A stretch of DNA of 64,000 bases from Candidatus Eiseniibacteriota bacterium (lineage in GTDB: Bacteria; Eisenbacteria; RBG-16-71-46; CAVPCR01): contig CAVPCR010000002.1 in the NCBI GenBank assembly GCA_963702435.1, positions 644,261 through 708,260 of the forward strand, given 5' to 3'. The position numbers and the translations under genes are program-made. Below are positions 55,707 through 64,000 of the stretch, one piece after another; position 1 is the stretch's first letter, and each line of letters starts with the position of its first letter. Below the pieces are notes generated by a model. It had not been told where the DNA came from, ran no database searches, and saw nothing but the letters and a program-made list of their open reading frames with translations.

Positions 55707-56558
55707 TCAGCGCTGGCAGCGCGCGCAGAAGAAGGTGCTCCGGCCGGCCTGCACGATCCGGCGCACGGCGCTGCCGCAGCGCCGGCAGGGCTCGCCCTCG
55801 CGCCCGTAGACGTTCAGATCCACCTGGAAGAGACCCTGGCGTCCCTCGCCGTCGCGATAGTCGCCGTAATCGTCGAGGCTCGTGCCGCCGGCGGCGATCG
55901 CCGAGGCGAGCACCTCGCGCACCGCGGAGAGGAGGCGCTCCCAGCGCGCGGGCCCGAGCCGGTTGGCCGGCGTCCGCGGATCGACGCGCGCGACGTAGAG
56001 CGACTCGCAGGCGTAGATGTTGCCCACCCCGGCCACCAGGCGCGCATCGAGGAGCGCGGCCTTGATCGCGCCCGTGCGGCGCCGGCTCCGCGCGCGAAGA
56101 TGGGCGGCGTCGACGGCGCCTGCCTGGAGCGGCTCCGGCCCGAGCGGGCGGAGGAGCGGCGACTCGGCGATCTCGGCGCGGCCGAGGACGAGGGCGAGCC
56201 CGAAGCGACGCGGGTCGCGGAAGCGAAGCTCCTCGGCGGGCCGCCCCGCACGCGGCGCCAGGCGGAAGAGGAGATGGTCGTGGGGGTCGAGCGGATGCGC
56301 GCGCTCGACGACGCTCAGGCGGCCCGACATCCCGAGATGGAAGAGGAGCACGTCGCCGCTGGCAAGGTGCGCGAGGAGGTACTTGGCCCGCCGTTCGAGG
56401 TGCGCGATCGTCGAGCCGGCGACGCGTCGCGCCATGGCACGCTCGTCCACGCGACGCCTGAGTGCGGCGTTGCGCACGCGCACGCTCGTCACTCGCCGGC
56501 CCTCGAGGTGGGGCGCGAGGCTCCGGCGGATGGTCTCGACTTCCGGCAGCTCGGGCAT
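55707..56558 (-). CDS. mutM: Formamidopyrimidine-DNA glycosylase
   Basis: MPELPEVET, RRAKYLL, HLGMSG, DPRRFG, GVGNIYACE, C-terminal CxxC...CxxCQ zinc finger. Confidence 0.96.
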   Translation of the reverse strand: MPELPEVETIRRSLAPHLEGRRVTSVRVRNAALRRRVDERAMARRVAGSTIAHLERRAKYLLAHLASGDVLLFHLGMSGRLSVVERAHPLDPHDHLLFRLAPRAGRPAEELRFRDPRRFGLALVLGRAEIAESPLLRPLGPEPLQAGAVDAAHLRARSRRRTGAIKAALLDARLVAGVGNIYACESLYVARVDPRTPANRLGPARWERLLSAVREVLASAIAAGGTSLDDYGDYRDGEGRQGLFQVDLNVYGREGEPCRRCGSAVRRIVQAGRSTFFCARCQR

Positions 56559-56809
56559 GACACGCGGATGCTAGCACGCCCCGCGACGCGGCGACGTCGC
56601 GACGTCGATGCGCCGAGGCTTGACCTCGCGGCGATGTGCAACCGGTGATGTGCCGCCGCCGATGTGCCGCCCGCGATGTGCCGCCCGCGATGTAACGCCG
56701 GTGATTGCCCGCAACTCATTGCCGGCCCCGCCTCCATTGGCGTATCATGCGCAGGCGACGACGGCCCTGTCACCCCGCCGCACAGACAACGATGACCAGA
56801 GGGCAACTG

Positions 56810-58303
56810 ATGGCGGTAATCACCGCACGCTGGGAATGGCGCGCGTTCGGCCCGCGCTTCCGGACTGCCGAGGCCGAGCTCGCCAAGCGCAAATCGGCGG
56901 GCGTCCAGGAGAGCGACGAGCTGTATTTCCTCTCCGGCGCCGGCGACAACGTCAAGGTCCGCGACGACCTCATGGACATCAAGGTCCTCCGGGAAGTCGA
57001 CGCCGGCGGTCTGGAGCAGTGGATGCCCGTCATGAAAGCGGCCTTCCCGCTGCCGGCTGCCGAGGTGGCGAAGGTGTTCGCGGCCCTGCGACTCGATCCG
57101 CCCGCGATGGCCCGCGACTCCTATACGCTCGATGAGTTCGTCGGCGAGTTCGCGGCGCCGCGCGGCGTCATCCGCGCGGTGCGAGTCCACAAGCAGCGGA
57201 CCCGCTACACCGTGGGCGGATGCATGGCCGAGCTCTCCGCCATCGTCGCGGACGGACGCTCGACACGGACCATCGCGGTCGAGTCGGAGGACCCGGCCGC
57301 CGTGACCGCCGCCGTCCGCGAGCTGGGCCTGAGCGGGTACATCAACACCAGCTATCCGCGCGGCCTCGCTGCCCTCATCGGCGACGAGCCGGCGCGCTAC
57401 GCCGTGCTCGATGTCGGGACCAACTCGGTCAAGTTCCACATCGGGGAGCGAAGCTCCGACGGAACCTGGCGCGCGATCGCCGACCGCGCCGAGATGACTC
57501 GCCTCGGCGAGGGCCTCGCGACACACGGGCGGATCGCGCCCGAGGCGCTCGAGCGCACGGCGGCAGCGATCGCCGGCATGGCCGCCGAGGCGAAGCGCAG
57601 CGGCGCGCGGGCGATCGCCGCGGTAGGCACGGCGGGCCTCCGTCTCGCCCGCAACAGCGAGGACATCCTCGCGGCCATCCGGGCGCGCGCCGGTATCACG
57701 GTGGAGGTGATCTCGGGCGAGGAGGAAGGCCGCCTCGCCTACCTCGCGGTCCAGTCCGGGCTCGGTCTGGGCGAGGGCTCGCTGGTCGTGTTCGATACCG
57801 GCGGCGGCAGCAGTCAGTTCACCTTCGGCCGCGGAGCCCACGTGGAGGAGCGCTTCAGCGTCGATGTGGGCGCGGTGCGCTACACCGAGCGCTATGGGCT
57901 CGCCGGAATCGTGCCACCGGAGGAGCTCGCCGCGGCCCGGAGGGCGATCGCCGCGGACCTCTCCCGGATCGACGGCAGGCCCCGACCGGACGCCATGGTG
58001 GCGATGGGCGGCGCCGTGACGAACATCGCCGCCGTGAAGCACGGCCTGACCGCGTACGACCCGGACTTGGTCCAGGGAACGGTCTTGCCCCGGGCCGAGA
58101 TCGACCGGCAGATCGAGCTCTATCGGTCGCGGGACACCGCAGCTCGCCGTGCGATCGTCGGCCTCCAGCCGAAGCGCGCAGACGTCATCCTGGCCGGAAC
58201 GTGTGTCATCAGAGCTGTCATGGAGAAACTGGACCAGGACCGGCTGACCGTGAGCGATCGCGGCGTCCGCCATGGGCTGTTGATCGATCGCTTCGGCGAC
58301 TGA
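56810..58303 (+). CDS. Ppx/GppA family phosphatase with N-terminal CYTH-like domain
   Basis: N-terminal RWEWRAF...VHKQRTRY...E...VESED...SY; C-terminal DVGTNSVK, TRLGEG, ISGEEEG, DTGGGSSQ, RADVILAG. Confidence 0.82.
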   Translation: MAVITARWEWRAFGPRFRTAEAELAKRKSAGVQESDELYFLSGAGDNVKVRDDLMDIKVLREVDAGGLEQWMPVMKAAFPLPAAEVAKVFAALRLDPPAMARDSYTLDEFVGEFAAPRGVIRAVRVHKQRTRYTVGGCMAELSAIVADGRSTRTIAVESEDPAAVTAAVRELGLSGYINTSYPRGLAALIGDEPARYAVLDVGTNSVKFHIGERSSDGTWRAIADRAEMTRLGEGLATHGRIAPEALERTAAAIAGMAAEAKRSGARAIAAVGTAGLRLARNSEDILAAIRARAGITVEVISGEEEGRLAYLAVQSGLGLGEGSLVVFDTGGGSSQFTFGRGAHVEERFSVDVGAVRYTERYGLAGIVPPEELAAARRAIAADLSRIDGRPRPDAMVAMGGAVTNIAAVKHGLTAYDPDLVQGTVLPRAEIDRQIELYRSRDTAARRAIVGLQPKRADVILAGTCVIRAVMEKLDQDRLTVSDRGVRHGLLIDRFGD

Positions 58304-58350
58304 ACTGCTGCCAGACTGAGGCCACTTGCAGCATTGGAAGGGAAAACCAG

Positions 58351-59148
58351 ATGACTGAGAACCACGGCGCCGAGTCGGCTGTTCTCTCGGCTGCCCAGAT
58401 CGCCCAGACCCTCGAGCTGCTCAAGGGTGTGGACAGCGTGGAGCTCAAGTTGACGATCCCGGCGACCGCGCACCGGACGACGATCGCGGGGTTGCCCTTG
58501 GATCCGGTCGAGACCGAGCCCCGGCAGGTGTTCTTCTTCGATACCCCGAACCTCGACCTGAACCAGGCCGGTGTCGTCGTGCGAGCGCGGCGCATCCAGG
58601 GTGGGCGCGCCGACACGGTGATCAAGCTCCGCCCGGTGGTGCCGGAGAACCTGCCGGCCAAGGTCCGGAAGTCGCCTGCGTTCAACGTGGAGCTGGACGC
58701 TTTGCCGGGCGGCTACGTCTGCTCGGGGTCGCTCAAGGGGCGAAGCACCGGCAAGAAGGTGCGAGACGTCGTTGGCGGCATGGCACCCATGAGGAAAGCC
58801 TTCTCCAAGGAGCAGCAGGCGTTCTATAGCCGGCACGCACCCGAGAACATCGCACTGGACTCGCTTGTTCCGCTGGGCCCGACGTTCATCCTCAAGTCGC
58901 AGTTCGTGGCCAAGGAGCTGAAACGCAAGGTCGTGGCGGAGTTCTGGCTGTACCCGGACGGGTCGCGCATCCTCGAGCTGTCGACGAAGACCACCCCGAA
59001 GCAGGCGTTCCAGGTCGCAGCGGAGTTCCGAGCCTACCTTGCGAGCCGCGGGATCGAGATCGGTGGGTCGCAGCAGACGAAGACCAAAGCTGCTCTGGAG
59101 TTCTTCAGGGCAGAGGTCCAGGGTGGACCTCCGCGTCAGGATCCGTAG
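58351..59148 (+). CDS. CYTH-like (triphosphate tunnel) protein
   Basis: SVELKL (ExK), FFDTP.L.L...GVVVRARR, VIKLRP, LELSTK, QQTKT. Confidence 0.72.
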   Translation: MTENHGAESAVLSAAQIAQTLELLKGVDSVELKLTIPATAHRTTIAGLPLDPVETEPRQVFFFDTPNLDLNQAGVVVRARRIQGGRADTVIKLRPVVPENLPAKVRKSPAFNVELDALPGGYVCSGSLKGRSTGKKVRDVVGGMAPMRKAFSKEQQAFYSRHAPENIALDSLVPLGPTFILKSQFVAKELKRKVVAEFWLYPDGSRILELSTKTTPKQAFQVAAEFRAYLASRGIEIGGSQQTKTKAALEFFRAEVQGGPPRQDP

Positions 59149-59281
59149 CACGACCGTGAGCGCCGCCAGCGCCGGCGGCCCGCCCGCGGGCGGCATTCGA
59201 TCAACCCCTTGCTCGAGTGCCGCTGTTCGGCCGCCAGCGCGGTGCCGAGGGCGCGGTGCTACGCGAGACGACGTGTGGTCA

Positions 59282-60664
59282 TCACTGGAATCTGAAGACG
59301 ATCGGGAAGAACGCGACCACGACCCAGGCCCAGATCGCATAGACCGGGATGTAGCCCGTCTGCCAGCGCTCGAGGGCAGCAAACGAGGCGCGCCTCGCCA
59401 GGAATCGCGTGTAGAGCACGGCCGACCAGCCCAGGTTGACGAGGAGGATCAGGTTCTCCCCCAGCGCAGCCACCTTGTTGGGGCTGAAACCGAACTCGAG
59501 GATGCGGGCGGCGATGGCCCAGAGGGCCAGCGCATCGACCAGGAGAGCGGACAGCACCAGGATGAGCTGGAGCCGGTCGAAGAGGGCAGGCGGGGCCTGC
59601 GGATCACGCGCCGAGATCGAATAGAGGAGCAAACCCAGCACGAGCACGAGCAGCAGGTCGAAGCCGATGAGCACCTCGCGCTCCACGTCGATGGCGTTGC
59701 CCGTCCAGATCATGGTGACCACGAAGACCAGGAGCAGGATGGCGAACAGCGGCGTGAACAGGAGCGTGAGCACTGGCGCCATGTTCTCGATGACGCTCTG
59801 CTTGGACTCGACGAGCCAGGCCGCGATGAGGACGGCCCCCGCGGCTCCGCAGGGAAGAATCCACTGCGTGACCGTCGGCCCGGCGCCCAGGCCGATGGCC
59901 GCGAAGAGGAAGACCGTGATGCCCATCAGGACCCCGCCGCCAAGAGCAATCAGGGTGTAGTAGATGAACCACTCGCCGGAGAAGCGCACGTAGTTCATGC
60001 GCTGCTCATGGCGGCGCCACTGCCCGCCGGCATAGGCAAAACCGACCGTCAGCCAGAGAACGATGGGCAGGTGCAGGGCGGCCAGCAGCTCGGTGTGGCC
60101 GCTCGCTGTGAAGGGCATCACGTTCATGACCAGGCCCGCCGCAATGAACGGCGCGGCCAAACAGAGCCATCCTGATGGCCGGAGGTCCCGTTTCCAGGCG
60201 AAGTACCCCGCGAGGAGAGGCAAGACGAAGAGGAAGAGATTCCGCATGTAGAACGAGGTGTCGGCGTCCGCTCCCGCGATGCGCCGGCCAAAGAGCTCAG
60301 GAAGCTTGAGCGCAAGGCCCGCCGCGACGGCCAAGGCAACGGCCACCACGGCGTCCCGGGACGCTGCCGGCGATGCGTCGCCGGCGCCCGGCGCGACCAC
60401 GAGCTGCTTCCACAGGCGTTCGGAGTACTCGCGGGCGAACTCCCGCGACAGCGAATCCAGGTCTCCCAAACGCTTGACGGCGACGAGGAATGCTTCGTCG
60501 TCGTCCAGACCTGCCTCGCTCAGGGCCGCGACCTGGCTCCGGAGGTGGTCCTCGAGCTCATCCACATCGACGGCATGCACTGCCTGACGCCTGCGGATGT
60601 AGCTCCGCCATTCCCCGATGCGCTCTTCCAGCGATCCGTTGCTCTTCACCCTGTGTGTCTCCAT
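59282..60664 (-). CDS. Membrane protein with permease-prefix domain
   Basis: DELEDHL...GLDDDEAFLVAVKRLG N-terminal domain, then many TM helices; paired with PadR. Confidence 0.82.
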   Translation of the reverse strand: METHRVKSNGSLEERIGEWRSYIRRRQAVHAVDVDELEDHLRSQVAALSEAGLDDDEAFLVAVKRLGDLDSLSREFAREYSERLWKQLVVAPGAGDASPAASRDAVVAVALAVAAGLALKLPELFGRRIAGADADTSFYMRNLFLFVLPLLAGYFAWKRDLRPSGWLCLAAPFIAAGLVMNVMPFTASGHTELLAALHLPIVLWLTVGFAYAGGQWRRHEQRMNYVRFSGEWFIYYTLIALGGGVLMGITVFLFAAIGLGAGPTVTQWILPCGAAGAVLIAAWLVESKQSVIENMAPVLTLLFTPLFAILLLVFVVTMIWTGNAIDVEREVLIGFDLLLVLVLGLLLYSISARDPQAPPALFDRLQLILVLSALLVDALALWAIAARILEFGFSPNKVAALGENLILLVNLGWSAVLYTRFLARRASFAALERWQTGYIPVYAIWAWVVVAFFPIVFRFQ

Positions 60665-60676
60665 GCTCGAAGACCG

Positions 60677-61030
60677 TCAGCCCGGCTGTAGAGCCGTGTC
60701 GGCAGCGGTGAACCAGATGCCGCGCAGCGCCGAATCGACCACCTGCCACTGGCGGCGCTGAGTGGCGAGGTGCTCGACGCCCGCGCCGGTCAGTCGATAG
60801 TACTTCCGCCGCCTGCCCGTCTCCGATCGACCCCAGACCGTCTCGACGTACCCCCTGCGCTCGAGGCGATGAAGCAGGGGGTAGAGCATGCCCTCCGTCC
60901 ATTGCAGCTCTCCCCGAGAGAGCTCGCCGACCCGCTTGATGATGGCGTAGCCATAGCTCTCCCCCGCGCCGAGGACGGCCAGCACAAGCGGTGTCGCCGA
61001 GGCGGCGACGAGGTCCTTGCCGATATCCAT
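60677..61030 (-). CDS. PadR family transcriptional regulator
   Basis: SYGYAII, EGMLYPLLHRLE, GRRRKYYRLT..G. Confidence 0.93.
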   Translation of the reverse strand: MDIGKDLVAASATPLVLAVLGAGESYGYAIIKRVGELSRGELQWTEGMLYPLLHRLERRGYVETVWGRSETGRRRKYYRLTGAGVEHLATQRRQWQVVDSALRGIWFTAADTALQPG

Positions 61031-61044
61031 GAGGAAGCGCTCCT

Positions 61045-61086
61045 TTACCTGGAAGCATTATGCCTCGTAGCTCTAGGTATTGTCAA
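61045..61086 (-). promoter_or_regulatory. Sigma70 promoter of padR with overlapping palindromic operator
   Basis: Minus strand TTGACA (61086-61081)-N18-CATAAT (61062-61057); imperfect palindrome ATGCCT-N9-AGGTAT (61060-61080) in the spacer. Confidence 0.65.
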
Positions 61087-61323
61087 GGGCGTGTGGTCTC
61101 GGCGGTCCGAAGGACCGCGGGAGGGCCACCTCGCGAGGGACCCCGCCTCGGGACCGTCGTCGCAACGTGTTGCGCCGCTGCGGACTGGACCGAGCGCCGG
61201 GGCCCCCGGCGGTGACCGCCCGGCCGGGCCCTCACCGCCTCAAGTTCGACTCGCGGTCAACCGACTACTCATGTAGAGGGAAGCAGTCCCGGTCGCGGAA
61301 ACCGTCCTTCAGGGGGGTGTGTC

Positions 61324-62268
61324 GTGTTCCAGCAGCGATTGACCCGTGTGGCCACGGTGGTTGCGATGGCGGCGCTCGTGGGCGCCTGCAACGACGCCCC
61401 CACCTCGCCGGATGAGGAGCAGCAGACCATCGCGAACTATGTCGCTTCCATCTCCGCCGGTGAGACGCCGGGAGAGATGCAAGCCCTCGCGATCCCCCGC
61501 CCGACGAGCGGCGGTCCCGCCATCTCCGTCGACGGGCACGTGACCATCGTGAACGGCGGGACGACGACTGTGAACGTGACGTCGCCGACCCCCTTCCAGA
61601 CCATCTACGTGGCGGGCAGCTATCCGACCTCGCGGATCTTCGTTCCAGTCAGCGGATACTTCAAAGTCCCGCTGCCGGCACCGGCGACATCCGCGGAGCT
61701 GCTCATCACGTTTCCGCAGGCTCTCGCGAGCACCGAGTTCAACCTGCACTTCTCGGCCGCGGATACCGCGGGTCGGGTGGGGATGCCGGCCGAGAGGTCC
61801 TACGACGCGATCGTGGTCGGATCCGGCGACGTGCAGGTGACGGTAGCCTGGGACACTGACGCCGACGTCGATCTCCACGTAGTCGATCCGGGAGGTTCCG
61901 AGATCTACTGGGCCAGTCGCCAGTCTCCGAGCGGAGGCCAGCTGGATCTCGATTCGAATGCGGCCTGCGCACTGGACAACGTGCGCAACGAGAACATCAC
62001 CTGGGCTTCCGGAACCGCGCCGCAGGGAAGCTACACTGTCCGTGTCGATTACTGGAGCAGCTGCGATGCTCCGGAGACCAACTACACGGTGATCATCCAT
62101 AACGAGGGAGAGACCGACATCCACCACGGAGTGTTCACCGGCGCCGGTGACCAGGGCGGAGCGGGGAGCGGCGTCGAGATCGCCACGTTCACTCGAACAA
62201 CTGGACCTGCGGCCCCGGCGCCGCGCGCAATGAACCGGAACCTGCCGGTCGGTCCGACCAGCAAGTAG
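61324..62268 (+). CDS. YfaP/DUF2135-like lipoprotein
   Basis: LVGAC lipobox; DVQVTVAWDTDADVDLHVVDPGG...GGQLDLD.N...ENI.W...G.Y.V.V.Y. Confidence 0.78.
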   Translation: MFQQRLTRVATVVAMAALVGACNDAPTSPDEEQQTIANYVASISAGETPGEMQALAIPRPTSGGPAISVDGHVTIVNGGTTTVNVTSPTPFQTIYVAGSYPTSRIFVPVSGYFKVPLPAPATSAELLITFPQALASTEFNLHFSAADTAGRVGMPAERSYDAIVVGSGDVQVTVAWDTDADVDLHVVDPGGSEIYWASRQSPSGGQLDLDSNAACALDNVRNENITWASGTAPQGSYTVRVDYWSSCDAPETNYTVIIHNEGETDIHHGVFTGAGDQGGAGSGVEIATFTRTTGPAAPAPRAMNRNLPVGPTSK

Positions 62269-62277
62269 GTGATTCCC

Positions 62278-63168
62278 GTGAAGCATCGCCATCTCTCGCC
62301 GGCCGTCTTTGTCGTGCTCCTCGTTGCTGTTGTTGCCGACCCGGCGGTCCTCCGGGCGGATACGATCTACTATCGGCAAGCCGACATGGCCGGCATCAAG
62401 TCGGTCTCTGGAACGATCGTGCGGGAGACGGACGATCTCCTCGAGATCGTGACCGCCGACGGCCAGACTCTCTCGATCGCCCAGAATGCCGTGTTCGAGA
62501 TCACCCGCGATGCTCCGTCCGGCGCAGGTGACCTGGAGCAGGCCGAGATCTACGAGGACTTCCCCGCGGCCGCGGCCGTGGCGAGACGCCCGACCCTCGA
62601 CGAAATCCCCTCGCGCTCGCCCGTCCCCTACCACTTCGGCTTCAAGGGCGGCTTGAACATCTCGAACCTGCGCGCCGATCCGCAGGAACTGCAGGAAGGC
62701 GGTTCGCTAACCGGCTACGCCTTCGGCCTCTGGGTGGGGTGCCCCTCTCGCGCCTGACGATCCAAACGGAGGCCCTCTTCGATGAAGGGGGACTCCGAGA
62801 GCGCAGCCGGCTATACGGCCTCCACGCATCTTGGCTACTTCGAGTTGCCGGTCCTCGCCAAGTTCGGCTTTCTCCACGACGCGCCAGTTCAGCCTTCCCT
62901 CTTCGCCGGACCGTCGCTGGCGTTCAACTTCTCCGCCAACTCGAAGCTCGAGGGCGAGGGCAGCGAGGTCGACGCCGACAACAAGGACCAGGTCAGCGCC
63001 TTCGACCTCGGCCTCGTGGTGGGCGGCGGCGTGGACTTCCCGCTGGGCGGAAAAGCAATGGGGGCGGACTTCCGCTACTACCGGGGACTCCTCGACGTCG
63101 GCGACGGCGTGAACGGCAGCGCGCGCAACGACGCCTTCGCCGTGATGTGGTCCATAGCCCTGCGGTAG
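62278..63168 (+). pseudogene. PorT-like outer-membrane beta-barrel protein with two frameshifts (~62740, ~62780)
   Basis: FGFKGGLNISN / LTIQTEALF / KG...LGYFELPVLAKF...AGP...FDLGLVVGGG...FRYYRGL, spread over three frames. Confidence 0.7.
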
Positions 63169-64000
63169 CCGGCGGGGCCCAACCGAGGACAGGTGCGAGC
63201 TGTAGTTCTGGCGAACTCCAGCGGCCCCGCAGACAGGCGATTCTCCTTCCACTCGATCCCCCATTCCGGGTCATCGTGCAAGCATGATCTTCAGGCTCTG
63301 CGTCCCGGACGCGGTGCCGGAAGGACGAAGGCGCTCGTCACGCCTCCAGTCGTGGGGTTCGGCATGGCGCGCGAGACCCGATCTCCGGTGCGCAGGGCCC
63401 AACCCGTCTTCACCGACGTCTGCCGTGGGCGCCCCAAACGGGGAATTCGGTGTTCCGGATCTCGGGCATCGGAATGCGCCGGGAGTACATACAGCAACGC
63501 CCCGGGGGGCGGGACATCGCCCAGGGAGTCCACCAGCGCTCCCAGCGCCGCCAGCTGCTCTCCGTTCAGGGTCTGGCCCACCCTGGCGAAGTGGGGTCGC
63601 GTAGCAAGTAAACGATCTCGCCAGCCAGCTCGCCCTGCTGGTCCAGCGATTCTCGGCGCGGCCTCCGCTGTCGTGAGCCGGTCCCCAGTTCTGATCCAAT
63701 GGTGCCCCCGCGCCGCCCTGCGTGCGCGGAGTCAGAAGGGGCCCAGAACCTCCCCCTTTTCTGGGACGAAGGTCCAGGCGACGCCGGCCAGCGGCATGGC
63801 GCGGGCACGACAAACGTGACGTACCGGGTCCAGCCCTCCGGCAGTGCGGCAGCGTGTGAGAAGTGGCAGGACATCATCGGACCAACAGACCCGCTGCCGG
63901 CGAGCGACGTGAATCCGGTCGGTCGCATCACCGACGATCCGACGTTTCTTCCGCGTCGTCGCCCAAGCCGGGCGCATCCGCCTGCGCACGGCGTGACGCA

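Noticed and set aside
56590..56700. Short GATGTGCCGCC repeats and a CG palindrome between mutM and ppx
   Set aside because: Low-complexity GC-rich repeats with no supporting evidence of function.
63190..64000. Possible degraded minus-strand gene at the window end
   Set aside because: Several short overlapping ORFs with no recognisable family; a call cannot be supported.

Overview
High-GC (roughly 70% by eye) diderm bacterial DNA. PorU/PorV, a TatT-type TRAP system and MqnD suggest an FCB-related candidate lineage (inference). 1-12.6 kb is an accessory tract of small genes (5'-3' exonuclease, RelE/ParE TA pair, GNATs, methyltransferase, cupins, DinB, VOC, FAD oxidoreductase, DUF134-NifX-thioesterase-ZIP) with several decayed remnants. 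12.8-39.3 kb is mostly core and envelope genes: hflKC, manC, mqnD, a long minus-strand run with a T9SS-like PorU-PorV-beta-barrel-Omp85 cluster, trm112-like, accA, dnaE (many clustered frameshifts, probably sequence error) and an M23 peptidase. 39.7-42.3 kb is a tyrosine-recombinase + IS91-type (Y2) transposase element. Its exact empty target can be rebuilt from an adjacent 94-bp tandem repeat, and its ends look like an integron cassette. 42.7-64 kb holds HIT, 3D-domain, AlaX and zincin genes, an aminotransferase-LuxE-LuxC operon converging on a TatT/TRAP transporter, mutM, a CYTH-Ppx + CYTH pair, PadR + membrane protein, and a YfaP-like lipoprotein + frameshifted PorT-like gene. The best candidates for new biology are the lux-like acid-to-amine operon, the cassette-like integrase/IS91 element and the T9SS-like envelope cluster. 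All family calls come from motif recognition by eye, not from database searches.
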